Assembly: GCA_017548545.1 (NCBI GenBank)
Contig: JAFYZW010000127.1
Span: 24,201 to 88,200 of the forward strand
Direction of reading: 5' to 3'
Length of the DNA stretch: 64,000 bases
Source: Bacteroidales bacterium
Lineage (GTDB): Bacteria; Bacteroidota; Bacteroidia; Bacteroidales; UBA3663
Shown here: piece after piece, positions 36,164 through 44,763 of the stretch
Position numbering within the stretch: position 1 is the first letter of the stretch
Layout: every line of letters begins with the position of its first letter
Program-made: the position numbers and the translations under genes
Notes under the pieces: generated by a model
Seen by the model: the letters and a program-made list of their open reading frames with translations, nothing else
What the model was told of the DNA's origin: nothing
Database searches by the model: none

Positions 36164-37795
36164 ATGAAAAAATATATCCTGGCATTGCCACTTGCAGCAG
36201 CTCTGGCACTGACTGCCTGCGAAGATTACCTTGATGTGGCTCCGTCGAACACCCTCACCACCGATTCGTTCTGGGGCTCGCCCTATCAGGCCGAGCAGGG
36301 CTTGAACGGCGTCTATCACGACTTGGTGCCTATGGCTTATCACACCTATTATTTGGCCGACATCCCCTCGGACGAGACCTACGGCGAGTGGGACACCGAG
36401 CGCACCTGGTCCACCCTCTGCGTACACGATCATAACATCACCGCTCTCGACGAGCTCAATGGCGCATGGACCGACTATTACGAGGCCATTGCTCATGCCA
36501 ACACCTTCCTTGAGAAGGTTCCCGACATCACCGGTTTCACCAGCGATGCCATCAAGAACCAGATGCTCGGCGAAGCCCACTTCATTCGTGCTTATTGCTA
36601 TTTCGACCTCGTACGCTTCTTCGGCAATATCCCCCTGTTTGACCACACTTTGAGCCTCAACGAGGCATTGGAGCTGGGCCAAAGCGCACCCACCGAAGTC
36701 TATAAGCTCATCGTCAGCGACCTCGAACAGGCCGAATCGTTGCTCAACAATGCACCTACCGACTTCCGTGGCAACGCTGTGGCCGGCAAGCCCACCCAGA
36801 TTGCAGCCAAGGCCATGCTCGGCCGCGTCTATCTCACCATGGCTACCCATCCCGACGTGAACGGCGGCGACAGCTACAAGCAGCTCGCCAAGGGCAAGTT
36901 CGCCGAAGTGCTCGCCTACGTAGGTATTCCCGAGGGCAACACCACCGGCACTCCTACGAAGTATTGGGCAGCAGATGCCAGAGAGTGGGCAGGCATGTTC
37001 CTCCACGAGAATGACAACAAGTACTTCATCTGGGAGCTCCAGTATGCCACCGATGCAGCCAAGACGCTGGGCAACAATGCCATCTTCGAGATGCAGCCTG
37101 AGGTGCGTTGCGATGCCTTCTATCCCGTGCGTATCTTCGGCAACAAGCTCTATGCTGCTGCCGATATCCTCGAGATGTATGGCCACGACGGCACATCGAG
37201 CTTCGGTTCGGAGGGCAACCACAACAAGGACAAGCGTGCCGACTGGACCGTCTGCTACCTCACCGGCAATGACCTCACGAACGCCACTTCCGGCACGGGT
37301 TATTCGGGCGAACCATTCTACACCAAGTTCCTCGAGACCACACCCAAGCGCGAGGCTTACGGCTACGAGGCTCTCAATCTCGGCTACAACGACTACTACA
37401 AGGACGAGATCAATTTCCCCATCATCCGTCTTGAGGATGTGATGCTCATGTACTGCGAAGTGGCCGGCTACAGCGCTTACACGCTCCATTTGCTCAATCT
37501 CATCCGCGAACGTGCTACCGATGGTGTGACAGCCGCCGAGGCACAGGCCGATTGGGCGGGCGTCGTAAAGCGCGAACGTCGTCTGGAGTTCACACAGGAG
37601 GGCATCCGTTGGCATGATATGGTACGCAATGGTCAGATTGAGGAATACAAGGCCATGCTCCAGAAATATTATACCACCGACTACGCACAGACCGCCATTG
37701 CCAACATCAGCAGCAAATACTATCGTTACGCTATCCCCCAGGATCAGATCAACGTGAAGGACGGTCTCTACGTCCAGAACCCTGAGTACAAGTAA
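36164..37795 (+). CDS. SusD/RagB-family outer-membrane lipoprotein
   Basis: Lipobox LALTAC and the typical EAHFIRAYCYFDLVRFFGNIPL and RRLEFTQEGIRWHDMVR segments. Confidence 0.95.
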   Translation: MKKYILALPLAAALALTACEDYLDVAPSNTLTTDSFWGSPYQAEQGLNGVYHDLVPMAYHTYYLADIPSDETYGEWDTERTWSTLCVHDHNITALDELNGAWTDYYEAIAHANTFLEKVPDITGFTSDAIKNQMLGEAHFIRAYCYFDLVRFFGNIPLFDHTLSLNEALELGQSAPTEVYKLIVSDLEQAESLLNNAPTDFRGNAVAGKPTQIAAKAMLGRVYLTMATHPDVNGGDSYKQLAKGKFAEVLAYVGIPEGNTTGTPTKYWAADAREWAGMFLHENDNKYFIWELQYATDAAKTLGNNAIFEMQPEVRCDAFYPVRIFGNKLYAAADILEMYGHDGTSSFGSEGNHNKDKRADWTVCYLTGNDLTNATSGTGYSGEPFYTKFLETTPKREAYGYEALNLGYNDYYKDEINFPIIRLEDVMLMYCEVAGYSAYTLHLLNLIRERATDGVTAAEAQADWAGVVKRERRLEFTQEGIRWHDMVRNGQIEEYKAMLQKYYTTDYAQTAIANISSKYYRYAIPQDQINVKDGLYVQNPEYK

Positions 37796-37845
37796 AGATA
37801 AGTGTGAATCAGACTTGTTCTGAAAGTTCAGTAATCCAATAATAT

Positions 37846-37881
37846 ACAGGAAGCACAGTTCGAAAGTGCTTCCTGTTTTTG
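37846..37881 (+). terminator. Strong rho-independent terminator ending the pectin-type PUL
   Basis: ACAGGAAGCAC-AGTTCGAAA-GTGCTTCCTGT (11-bp perfect stem) followed by TTTTTG. Confidence 0.8.
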
Positions 37882-38003
37882 TCTCTATCTTTCTATGCAG
37901 GCAATTGTTTGTCGATTACCCCTCTTTGCCTTCATAACCTCCAAAAAACATCACGCCCCGCGAAATATTCGCTCGAAAATTTGCCATTCTCCCAAAAACT
38001 ACC

Positions 38004-38011
38004 TATCTTTG
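38004..38011 (+). promoter_or_regulatory. -7 box TATCTTTG for manC-argB
   Basis: TAnnTTTG match 72 nt upstream of the ATG at 38084. The leader is extremely AT-rich, with reiterated TTAATTGTTA. Confidence 0.55.
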
Positions 38012-38083
38012 CCGCGTCCATTCCAATTGTTTTTTTTAATAATGGATAATTGTTATTTGTTAATTATTAATTGTTAATTATAT

Positions 38084-39148
38084 ATGATTCATCTCGTCAT
38101 CATGGCCGGCGGCATTGGCAGCCGCTTCTGGCCCATGTCAACACCCCAGTGCCCTAAACAGTTCCTCGACATCATGGGAACGGGTCGTACCATGATTCAG
38201 CAGACTTACGATCGTTTCCGTGGACTTATCGACTTGCAGCGCGTATGGGTTGTCACTTCGAAGAATTTCGCCCAGCTCACCAGCGATCAGCTAGGGGGCA
38301 TCAATCCCCATCATATCCTGCTGGAGCCTTGTATGCGAAATACAGCTCCCTGTGTGGCTTACGTAAGTTGGAAGATTCTCGCCGAAGACCCCGAAGCTAC
38401 CATTGTCGTCGCAGCATCAGACCACATCGTCACTGGGGTCGATGAGTTTCGACGCGTGATTGCCCAGGGCATCGACTTCGTGGAGGCCGGCGACCGCATC
38501 CTCACTCTCGGTATGCAGCCCACACGTCCCGAGACCGGCTATGGATATATTGAGCAAGGGGAACCGACTTCCCTCAACCCCCTCAAACCTCTCGAACCCC
38601 TCGAACCCATCTTTAAGGTTGCCAGCTTCCGTGAGAAGCCCGATTTCGCTACGGCAGAAGAGTACCTCGCGTCGGGCAATTTCACCTGGAACTCCGGCAT
38701 GTTCCTTTGGAAGGCAGCCACCATCGTCGCCGAGCTTCGCAAGTACCAGCCGGAGATCAGCGACATCATGGATCGCCTCGCACCCCATTTCTTCACGGTG
38801 CGCGAACAGTCGATGGTCGATCAGCTCTATGCCACATGTCCGAAGATTTCAATCGACTACGCCGTGATGGAGAAGACACAGATAGCTTACGTCATGCCCG
38901 CCGAATTCGGATGGAGCGACCTTGGCACATGGGGCAGTCTCCACACCCTTACCCCACAGGACGACGACCGCAATGCCATCATTGGAGATGGTGTCAAACT
39001 CATCGATTGCGAGGGTTGCATGGTGCGTATGCCCCAGGGCAAGCAGGTCGTCATCCAAGGCTTGAAGGATTGTATTGTCGCCGAGCACAACGGCACCCTC
39101 CTCATCTGCCGTCTTGATTCCGAACAGCACATCAAGGATTGGCACTAG
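38084..39148 (+). CDS. manC: Mannose-1-phosphate guanylyltransferase
   Basis: VIMAGGIGSRFWPMS, LEPCMRNTAPCVAY, PETGYGYIEQG and FREKPD are nucleotidyltransferase hallmarks of this family. It carries an in-frame 36-bp repeat insert (SLNPLKPLEPLEP). Confidence 0.85.
   Translation: MIHLVIMAGGIGSRFWPMSTPQCPKQFLDIMGTGRTMIQQTYDRFRGLIDLQRVWVVTSKNFAQLTSDQLGGINPHHILLEPCMRNTAPCVAYVSWKILAEDPEATIVVAASDHIVTGVDEFRRVIAQGIDFVEAGDRILTLGMQPTRPETGYGYIEQGEPTSLNPLKPLEPLEPIFKVASFREKPDFATAEEYLASGNFTWNSGMFLWKAATIVAELRKYQPEISDIMDRLAPHFFTVREQSMVDQLYATCPKISIDYAVMEKTQIAYVMPAEFGWSDLGTWGSLHTLTPQDDDRNAIIGDGVKLIDCEGCMVRMPQGKQVVIQGLKDCIVAEHNGTLLICRLDSEQHIKDWH
38572..38607 (+). repeat. 9-bp-periodic repeat array, locus B, in frame inside manC
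   Basis: cctcaaccc cctcaaacc tctcgaacc cctcgaacc. Confidence 0.85.
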
Positions 39149-39149
39149 G

Positions 39150-39178
39150 GGGAGGTTAAGAAAGGTTCGAAAGGTTAT
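39150..39178 (-). repeat. 9-bp-periodic repeat array, locus C, in the manC|argB spacer (G-rich strand on +)
   Basis: gaggttaag aaaggttcg aaaggttat. It fills the 28-nt spacer between the manC stop and the argB ATG. Confidence 0.75.
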
Positions 39179-39977
39179 GAATCTAACTGTAGTAAAGGTA
39201 GGTGGTGCTATCGTTGAGGACGCCGATTCGCTCCGTTCCCTCCTCGACAAGTTCGCAAACATCCCGGGCCACAAGGTCCTGGTGCATGGCGGTGGGCGAA
39301 GTGCCACCCGCATCGCCGAGCAGCTGGGTCTGCCGCAGCAGATGGTGGCGGGGCGTCGTGTCACCGACGCCCAGACGCTTCGTGTTGTCACCATGGTCTA
39401 TGCCGGACTCGTCAACAAGAATATTGTTGCTCAGCTGCAAGCCCGTGGCATCAATTCCCTTGGTCTCTCGGGTGCCGACATGAATGTGATCCAAAGCCAT
39501 CGCCGCCCACCAAAGAATGTTCGGATGGACGATGGAGATACCCAACTTGTTGATTACGGTTTCGTGGGCGACATCGACCATGTCAATGCTGACCTGTTGG
39601 CCGACCTCATCGCCAAGGGCGTGGTGCCCGTGGTGAGTCCCATCGGACATGATGCTCATGGTACACTCCTCAACACTAATGCCGACACCATCGCTGCCGA
39701 AGTAGCCAAGGCGCTTGCCTCTGCGTTCGATGTCACGCTCGTCTTCTGTTTCGAAAAGCGTGGCGTGCTCCGCGATGCCGGCGATGACGACTCGGTCATC
39801 CCTCTCATCACACAGGACCTGTTCCCCGCACTTGTCGCCGAAGGTGTGGTGTCGGGAGGTATGTTGCCCAAGCTCGAGAATGCCTTCAGCGCCATCCATG
39901 ACGGAGTACATGAGGTCATCATCACGCAGGCCGAAGCCATCGATAATCCCAATGCTGGCACAAGGTTAAGGTTATGA
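39177..39977 (+). CDS. argB: Acetylglutamate kinase
   Basis: MNLTVVKVGGAIVED ... VLVHGGG ... amino-acid kinase fold. I trimmed the start from the track's 39075, which overlaps manC. Confidence 0.85.
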   Translation: MNLTVVKVGGAIVEDADSLRSLLDKFANIPGHKVLVHGGGRSATRIAEQLGLPQQMVAGRRVTDAQTLRVVTMVYAGLVNKNIVAQLQARGINSLGLSGADMNVIQSHRRPPKNVRMDDGDTQLVDYGFVGDIDHVNADLLADLIAKGVVPVVSPIGHDAHGTLLNTNADTIAAEVAKALASAFDVTLVFCFEKRGVLRDAGDDDSVIPLITQDLFPALVAEGVVSGGMLPKLENAFSAIHDGVHEVIITQAEAIDNPNAGTRLRL

Positions 39978-41140
39978 GGAATCGTTTTTCGCCCGAGACA
40001 ACATTCTATATTGTCGTTTGGGGCATCTTATTGCTTATCCCTGCTTTTGCAGAACTTTATGACTATCTGGTCGATATCACCGACCATTTTGATTGGCGCG
40101 GTTTGTGCTTCGTTTACGTTCGCTTCCTGCCTTACCTGCTCCTCTTTCTACTTTGCAAACTCGTCTTGGAGCCTAAATTGTTCTTCAAGCAAAAGCAGCC
40201 GGCATTCTTCATCATCTCTTTCATTGCGGCGGTAGTACTGCTTCTCGTTTCGGGATATTTTATACCCCCAAGAAGCCATCGATCTTGGATATTCGTCGAG
40301 CAGAAAAATGACACGCATTTGCCCCGACAGTCCACCGACATTCAGTTCATCGATGGAGAGCCTGTGGGCAATCGCGAGATTGTACAGAATCTTAACTTCA
40401 AATCATATCTGCGAGGACCTTTCTTCCCCAGGTTGCTCATGGCATTGCTCATGAATGGTTCCAGTCTTGCCTGTGCTGCCCTCTTCCGGTCGAGCAAGGA
40501 TAAGCTTATGCTCAAGGAACAGCAGGCTGCTCAGCTTCAGTCTGAACTCACTCATTTGAAGTATCAAATCAATCCGCATTTCTTCATGAATACACTCAAT
40601 AATATTCATGCCCTTGTGGATATCGATAGCGAACTGGCCAAGCAGACCATTATAGAGTTGTCGCACCTCATGCGCTACATTCTTTATGAAAGCGACCATC
40701 CCACTGTGCCCTTGCGGCGCGAGCTTGACTTCATTCGTCAATGCATCAATCTTATTAGATTACGGTGCGATGAGTCAGTCTCCCTCACCTTCACTGAACC
40801 TGAAACCAATACTCCAGGCCTCGATTCCTACATACCACCCTTGCTTCTCATTCCATTCATAGGAAATGCCTTCAAACACGGCATCTCGTACCGCGAACCA
40901 TCGTTCATCGACGTCAATATCGCCATCGAAGGACGAACGCTTCACTTCCACTGCGCCAACAGCAACTATAGTCGCAACAGCATGCCCAAACAGCCGGGTG
41001 GCATAGGTCTCGACAATGTCCGTAAGCGCCTTGAGTTCATCTATCCTGGCAGCTATACCCTCGACATCGTCCCCACTGAGAAAGACTTCACCGTTGACCT
41101 GTGGCTGCCCCTCACTTCAACCCCCCAGCCCCCCTCTTAA
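39974..41140 (+). CDS. LytS/YehU-type sensor histidine kinase (membrane-bound)
   Basis: N-terminal TM helices, then LKYQINPHFFMNTLNNIHALV (His_kinase PF06580 signature) and an HATPase segment IPFIGNAFKHG ... GGIGLDNVRKRL. ATGA overlap with argB. Confidence 0.85.
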   Translation: MRNRFSPETTFYIVVWGILLLIPAFAELYDYLVDITDHFDWRGLCFVYVRFLPYLLLFLLCKLVLEPKLFFKQKQPAFFIISFIAAVVLLLVSGYFIPPRSHRSWIFVEQKNDTHLPRQSTDIQFIDGEPVGNREIVQNLNFKSYLRGPFFPRLLMALLMNGSSLACAALFRSSKDKLMLKEQQAAQLQSELTHLKYQINPHFFMNTLNNIHALVDIDSELAKQTIIELSHLMRYILYESDHPTVPLRRELDFIRQCINLIRLRCDESVSLTFTEPETNTPGLDSYIPPLLLIPFIGNAFKHGISYREPSFIDVNIAIEGRTLHFHCANSNYSRNSMPKQPGGIGLDNVRKRLEFIYPGSYTLDIVPTEKDFTVDLWLPLTSTPQPPS

Positions 41141-41210
41141 CCTTTCGAACCTTCGAACCATTAGAACTCTTCGAACCCCTCCATAACCCCTAACCTCTAA
41201 CCTCTCCTCC
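41113..41210 (+). repeat. 9-bp-periodic repeat array, locus D, spanning the kinase stop codon and the whole kinase|regulator spacer
   Basis: ...cccccctcttaa cctttcgaa ccttcgaa ccattagaa ctcttcgaa cccctccataa cccctaa cctctaa cctctcctcctc ATG. The kinase TAA stop (41138-41140) lies inside a unit. Confidence 0.8.
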
Positions 41211-41212
41211 TC

Positions 41213-41944
41213 ATGCTTCGCTGTATAGCCATTGATGACGAGCCTTTGGCGCTCGCACAAATCGCATCTTACATCAACAAAGTGCCTTACCTTGAGCTCG
41301 TGGGACGCTGCCACGGTGCTCAAGAAGCGCATGAAATTCTGCAACAGACCCAGGTCGATCTGATGTTTGTCGATATCAACATGCCCGACCTCAACGGCCT
41401 TGACTTCGTGCGCTCGCTCGAATTTCCGCCCAAGGTCATCTTTACCACCGCTTATAGCGACTATGCGATCGATGGTTACAAGGTACAAGCCGTCGATTAC
41501 CTGCTCAAACCTTTTAGTTTGAAGGATCTTGAGGCCGCAGCTGAACGTGCTCGCCAGCGCATCGAGAGCGAGACCGCCGCCTATGGCTTCGTGCCTCAGC
41601 CCACTAGCGCCATCGAGCAGGATGGTTTCTTTTATGTAAAGTGTGACTATCGCATCACCCGCATCAATATCGACGACATTCACTATGTCGAAAGCATGGG
41701 TGAATACATACGTATTTTCGTAGAAGGTCAGAGCCGCCCCTACATGCCCCTCCTTTCTTTGAAGCGTATCGAGGAGATCCTCCCTACCGATCACTTCATG
41801 CGCGTCCATCGTTCCTACATCGTCAACCTCCGCCGTGTCACCGAAATCAGCCGACAGCGAATCATTTTCGGCGATGTCCAAATCCCCATAGGCGATAGTT
41901 ACAAACAGACTCTACTCGACCACGTCAACGCACGATTGCTATAA
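41213..41944 (+). CDS. LytR/AlgR-family response regulator (REC plus LytTR DNA-binding domain)
   Basis: REC domain: LRCIAIDDEPLAL ... DLMFVDINMPDLNG ... LLKPF. LytTR domain: IHYVESMGEYIRIF ... FMRVHRSYIVNL. Confidence 0.9.
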   Translation: MLRCIAIDDEPLALAQIASYINKVPYLELVGRCHGAQEAHEILQQTQVDLMFVDINMPDLNGLDFVRSLEFPPKVIFTTAYSDYAIDGYKVQAVDYLLKPFSLKDLEAAAERARQRIESETAAYGFVPQPTSAIEQDGFFYVKCDYRITRINIDDIHYVESMGEYIRIFVEGQSRPYMPLLSLKRIEEILPTDHFMRVHRSYIVNLRRVTEISRQRIIFGDVQIPIGDSYKQTLLDHVNARLL

Positions 41945-43174
41945 AATATTTTTCAGTATCACTTGTCGGATGATGGGTGAGGTGTAAGCATAGGGGATGA
42001 AGGCGAGCGATGGTATGGGATAGGTGATAATAAGATGGGCCACCTTGCCGCGAGTGATGCTGCCGTATTCTTGGCTCAGACCCATGGCATAGGCGGCGTT
42101 GATGGTGACAGCATTGAAGGCTTCTTCGGGCAGGAGTCGCAACTTGATGCAGCCCAACGAGAAGACGAACTTCATGTCGCCCGATGGAGTAGATCCCGGG
42201 TTATAGTCGGAGGCGAGGGCGATGCCGAGTCCTCTATCTATCATGCGGCGTGCGTGAGCATAGGGCATATTGAGGAAGAACGATGTACCGGGGAGACAGG
42301 TCGGCATGGTTGCCGTACCGAGCAGAAGGTCGATCTCGTCATCGGGCATGCTTTCAAGATGATCAACCGAAAGCGCATTGTGCTCCACTGCAACACGCAC
42401 GCCCCCCGAGGGAGCAAGTTCGTCGGCATGTATTTTGGGACGCATACCATAGCGTGCACCCGCTTCGAGGATTCGGGCCGTCTCTTCGGGAGTGAAGAAA
42501 CCTTGGTCACAAAAGACGTCGATGTAGTCGGCCAGTTGCTCACGACCCACAGTAGGTATCATCTCGTCGATGACAAGACGGACATAATCACCCTGTCGTC
42601 CACGATAGTTGCGGCTCACGGCATGAGCACCAAGGAAGGTGGAGACGACCTTGACACGTGACGACTGACCAATTTGACGGATAACGCGTAAGATTTTCAA
42701 CTCGTCCTCGGTGGAGAGTCCGTAGCCGCTCTTGATTTCGATGCAGCCTGTTCCCTTGGCTTCAATCTCTTCCATTCGTCGCATGGCTTGCTCGAAGAGC
42801 TCCTCCTCGGAGAGACGATGCAGCAGATCGACGGAGTTGAGGATACCACCACCACGTTGCGCTATCTCGGCATAGCTCAGTCCCTGTATCTTATCGACAA
42901 ATTCCTGTTCGCGACTGCCTGCATAAACCAGATGGGTGTGCGGATCGCAGAAGCAGGGCATCAAAGTGCCTCCTTCGGCGTCAATCACCTCGTCGAACGT
43001 AGTATATGGCAGCGATGACATGGGTCCGAAGTCGATGATGCGGCCTCCTTCGATGGAGAGCCATGCATCATCGATTTTTTCGACGTGTGCCATCTCCTTG
43101 CCTTGGAGACGTTCGATGCCAGCGGGGAGTATGCCGTAGAGGTGGGCGATGTTTCGGATGAGTATTCTCTTCAT
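41939..43174 (-). CDS. hutI: Imidazolonepropionase
   Basis: CFCDPHTHLVYAGSREQEF, IHADEL and ALASDYNPGS are amidohydrolase / HutI motifs. It is the last gene of the hut operon. Confidence 0.9.
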   Translation of the reverse strand: MKRILIRNIAHLYGILPAGIERLQGKEMAHVEKIDDAWLSIEGGRIIDFGPMSSLPYTTFDEVIDAEGGTLMPCFCDPHTHLVYAGSREQEFVDKIQGLSYAEIAQRGGGILNSVDLLHRLSEEELFEQAMRRMEEIEAKGTGCIEIKSGYGLSTEDELKILRVIRQIGQSSRVKVVSTFLGAHAVSRNYRGRQGDYVRLVIDEMIPTVGREQLADYIDVFCDQGFFTPEETARILEAGARYGMRPKIHADELAPSGGVRVAVEHNALSVDHLESMPDDEIDLLLGTATMPTCLPGTSFFLNMPYAHARRMIDRGLGIALASDYNPGSTPSGDMKFVFSLGCIKLRLLPEEAFNAVTINAAYAMGLSQEYGSITRGKVAHLIITYPIPSLAFIPYAYTSPIIRQVILKNIL

Positions 43175-43183
43175 GATAAAGAA

Positions 43184-44698
43184 CTATAGTGCCTTGTAGA
43201 GGTTCTCGATCTTCGAGTTGCGGAGGAACTCGACAGATTTGGCGATGTATGGATACATCACGGTGTCGGTGTCGATGAATGGGACAACCTGACGATACTC
43301 ATTATAAAGGTTCTCGAGGATGGGCGAGGTCTTGAGGGGACGACGGAAGTCAAGGGCTTGGCACGCATTGAAGAGTTCGATGGCGAGGACACGTTCGGTG
43401 TTGAGTACCACCTGATAGAGCTTCGTACCGGCGTTAGCGCCCATGCTGACGTGGTCTTCCTGTCCTTGGCAGGTGGGGATACTATCGACGGAGCAAGGCA
43501 TGCAGAGGCTCTTGCTCTGGCTGACGATGGAGGCAGCGGCATACTGGGTGATCATAAAGCCGCTGTTGACGCCCGGATAGGCGACAAGGAAGCTGGGTAG
43601 GCCGCGTGTGCCTGAAACGAGTTTGTCGATGCGTCGCTCGGAGATGTTGGATAACTCGGACATAGCGATGGCAAGGAAGTCCATGGGCAAAGCAATGGGT
43701 TCGCCATGGAAGTTGCCTGCCGAGATGATGAGATCGTCGTCTGGGCAGACGGTGGGATTGTCGGTGGTGGCGTTGATCTCGATATCGGTGACCGTCTGGA
43801 CATAGCGAACAGTGTCCTTCACAGCGCCGTGTACCTGTGGAATGCAGCGGAAGGAGTAGGGGTCCTGTACATGTTTCTTGGGCTGCTTGATGAGTTCGCT
43901 GCCTTCGAGGATGTGAATGATGTTTTCAGCGGTATCCATCTGCCCCTTGTGCGGACGCACTATGTGGACGGCACGATGGAAGGGTTCGATGCGTCCGTCA
44001 TAGGCATCGAGCGACAGTGCACCGATGTAGTCGGCCCAGTTGCTGAGCTGTGTGGCGTGGATGATCGACCAGCAGCAGAAGGCTGCCATGTTCTGTGTGC
44101 CGTTGAGCAAAGCGAGGCCTTCCTTCGAGTCGAGTTTGATGGGTTCCCATTCCTTGAGCTTGAGTAGTTCTCGTCCGCTCATGCGACGGCCCTGATATTC
44201 CACTTCTCCAAGCCCGACAAGGGGGAGACAGAGGTGGGCGAGGGGTACGAGGTCACCCGACGAGCCTACGGAACCTTGCATATAGACGATGGGAAAGATG
44301 TCGTCGTTGAAGAAGTCGATGAGGCGTTCGACAGTGTGTAGTTGTACGCCCGAATAACCGTAACTGAGCGATTGCACCTTGAGCAGGATCATGAGCTTCA
44401 CGATGTCGTTGGGTACACGTTCGCCGCAGCCGCAGGCATGGCTCATCATGAGGTTGATCTGTAGTTGCGAGAGTTGGTCCTTGTCGATATTGATGTTGCA
44501 GAGTGAGCCAAAACCTGTGGTGACACCGTAGATGGGGTCTTTCGTGTCGGCAATCTTCTGGTCGAGGTACTCGCGGCAGCGTACAATCTTCTGTCGCGAG
44601 TCTTCGCCAAGCTGGAGTTTGTAACCTAAGCGAATGATCTCGGAAACTTTGTTCAGCGTCAGGTGTCCTGCGCTGATTTCGTGTATTTTTAAGGCCAT
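43184..44698 (-). CDS. hutH: Histidine ammonia-lyase
   Basis: QGSVGSSGDLVPLAHL (the MIO-forming X-Ser-Gly, here Ser-Ser-Gly) and NGTQNMAA. Confidence 0.9.
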   Translation of the reverse strand: MALKIHEISAGHLTLNKVSEIIRLGYKLQLGEDSRQKIVRCREYLDQKIADTKDPIYGVTTGFGSLCNINIDKDQLSQLQINLMMSHACGCGERVPNDIVKLMILLKVQSLSYGYSGVQLHTVERLIDFFNDDIFPIVYMQGSVGSSGDLVPLAHLCLPLVGLGEVEYQGRRMSGRELLKLKEWEPIKLDSKEGLALLNGTQNMAAFCCWSIIHATQLSNWADYIGALSLDAYDGRIEPFHRAVHIVRPHKGQMDTAENIIHILEGSELIKQPKKHVQDPYSFRCIPQVHGAVKDTVRYVQTVTDIEINATTDNPTVCPDDDLIISAGNFHGEPIALPMDFLAIAMSELSNISERRIDKLVSGTRGLPSFLVAYPGVNSGFMITQYAAASIVSQSKSLCMPCSVDSIPTCQGQEDHVSMGANAGTKLYQVVLNTERVLAIELFNACQALDFRRPLKTSPILENLYNEYRQVVPFIDTDTVMYPYIAKSVEFLRNSKIENLYKAL

Positions 44699-44718
44699 AG
44701 ATTATTTTGTTATTTTTC

Positions 44719-44763
44719 TAGATTTTCTAGAGGTTCTAGATTTCCTAGGGACTCTAGAGGGAA
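44719..44763. repeat. 9-bp tandem repeat built on CTAG-centred palindromic hexamers, in the hutU|hutH spacer
   Basis: tagattttc tagaggttc tagatttcc tagggactc tagagggaa. The minus strand gives TCTAGA x4 and CCTAGG x1 at exact 9-bp spacing. Confidence 0.85.

Noticed and set aside
35171-37615. An 814-aa minus-strand ORF overlapping the SusC and SusD genes. Similar long ORFs occur at 24696..26264 (-), 3379..4752 (+), 51552..52952 (-), 53858..55021 (-), 30836..31822 (-), 28625..29575 (-), 33536..34408 (-) and 9407..10465 (+).
   Set aside because: Each lies antisense to a gene with unmistakable family motifs, several span two adjacent genes, and none has a signal peptide, promoter box or recognisable domain. 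Their Ala/Gly/Val/Asp/His-rich composition is what the reverse complement of GC3-biased coding sequence produces. I treat them as shadow ORFs.
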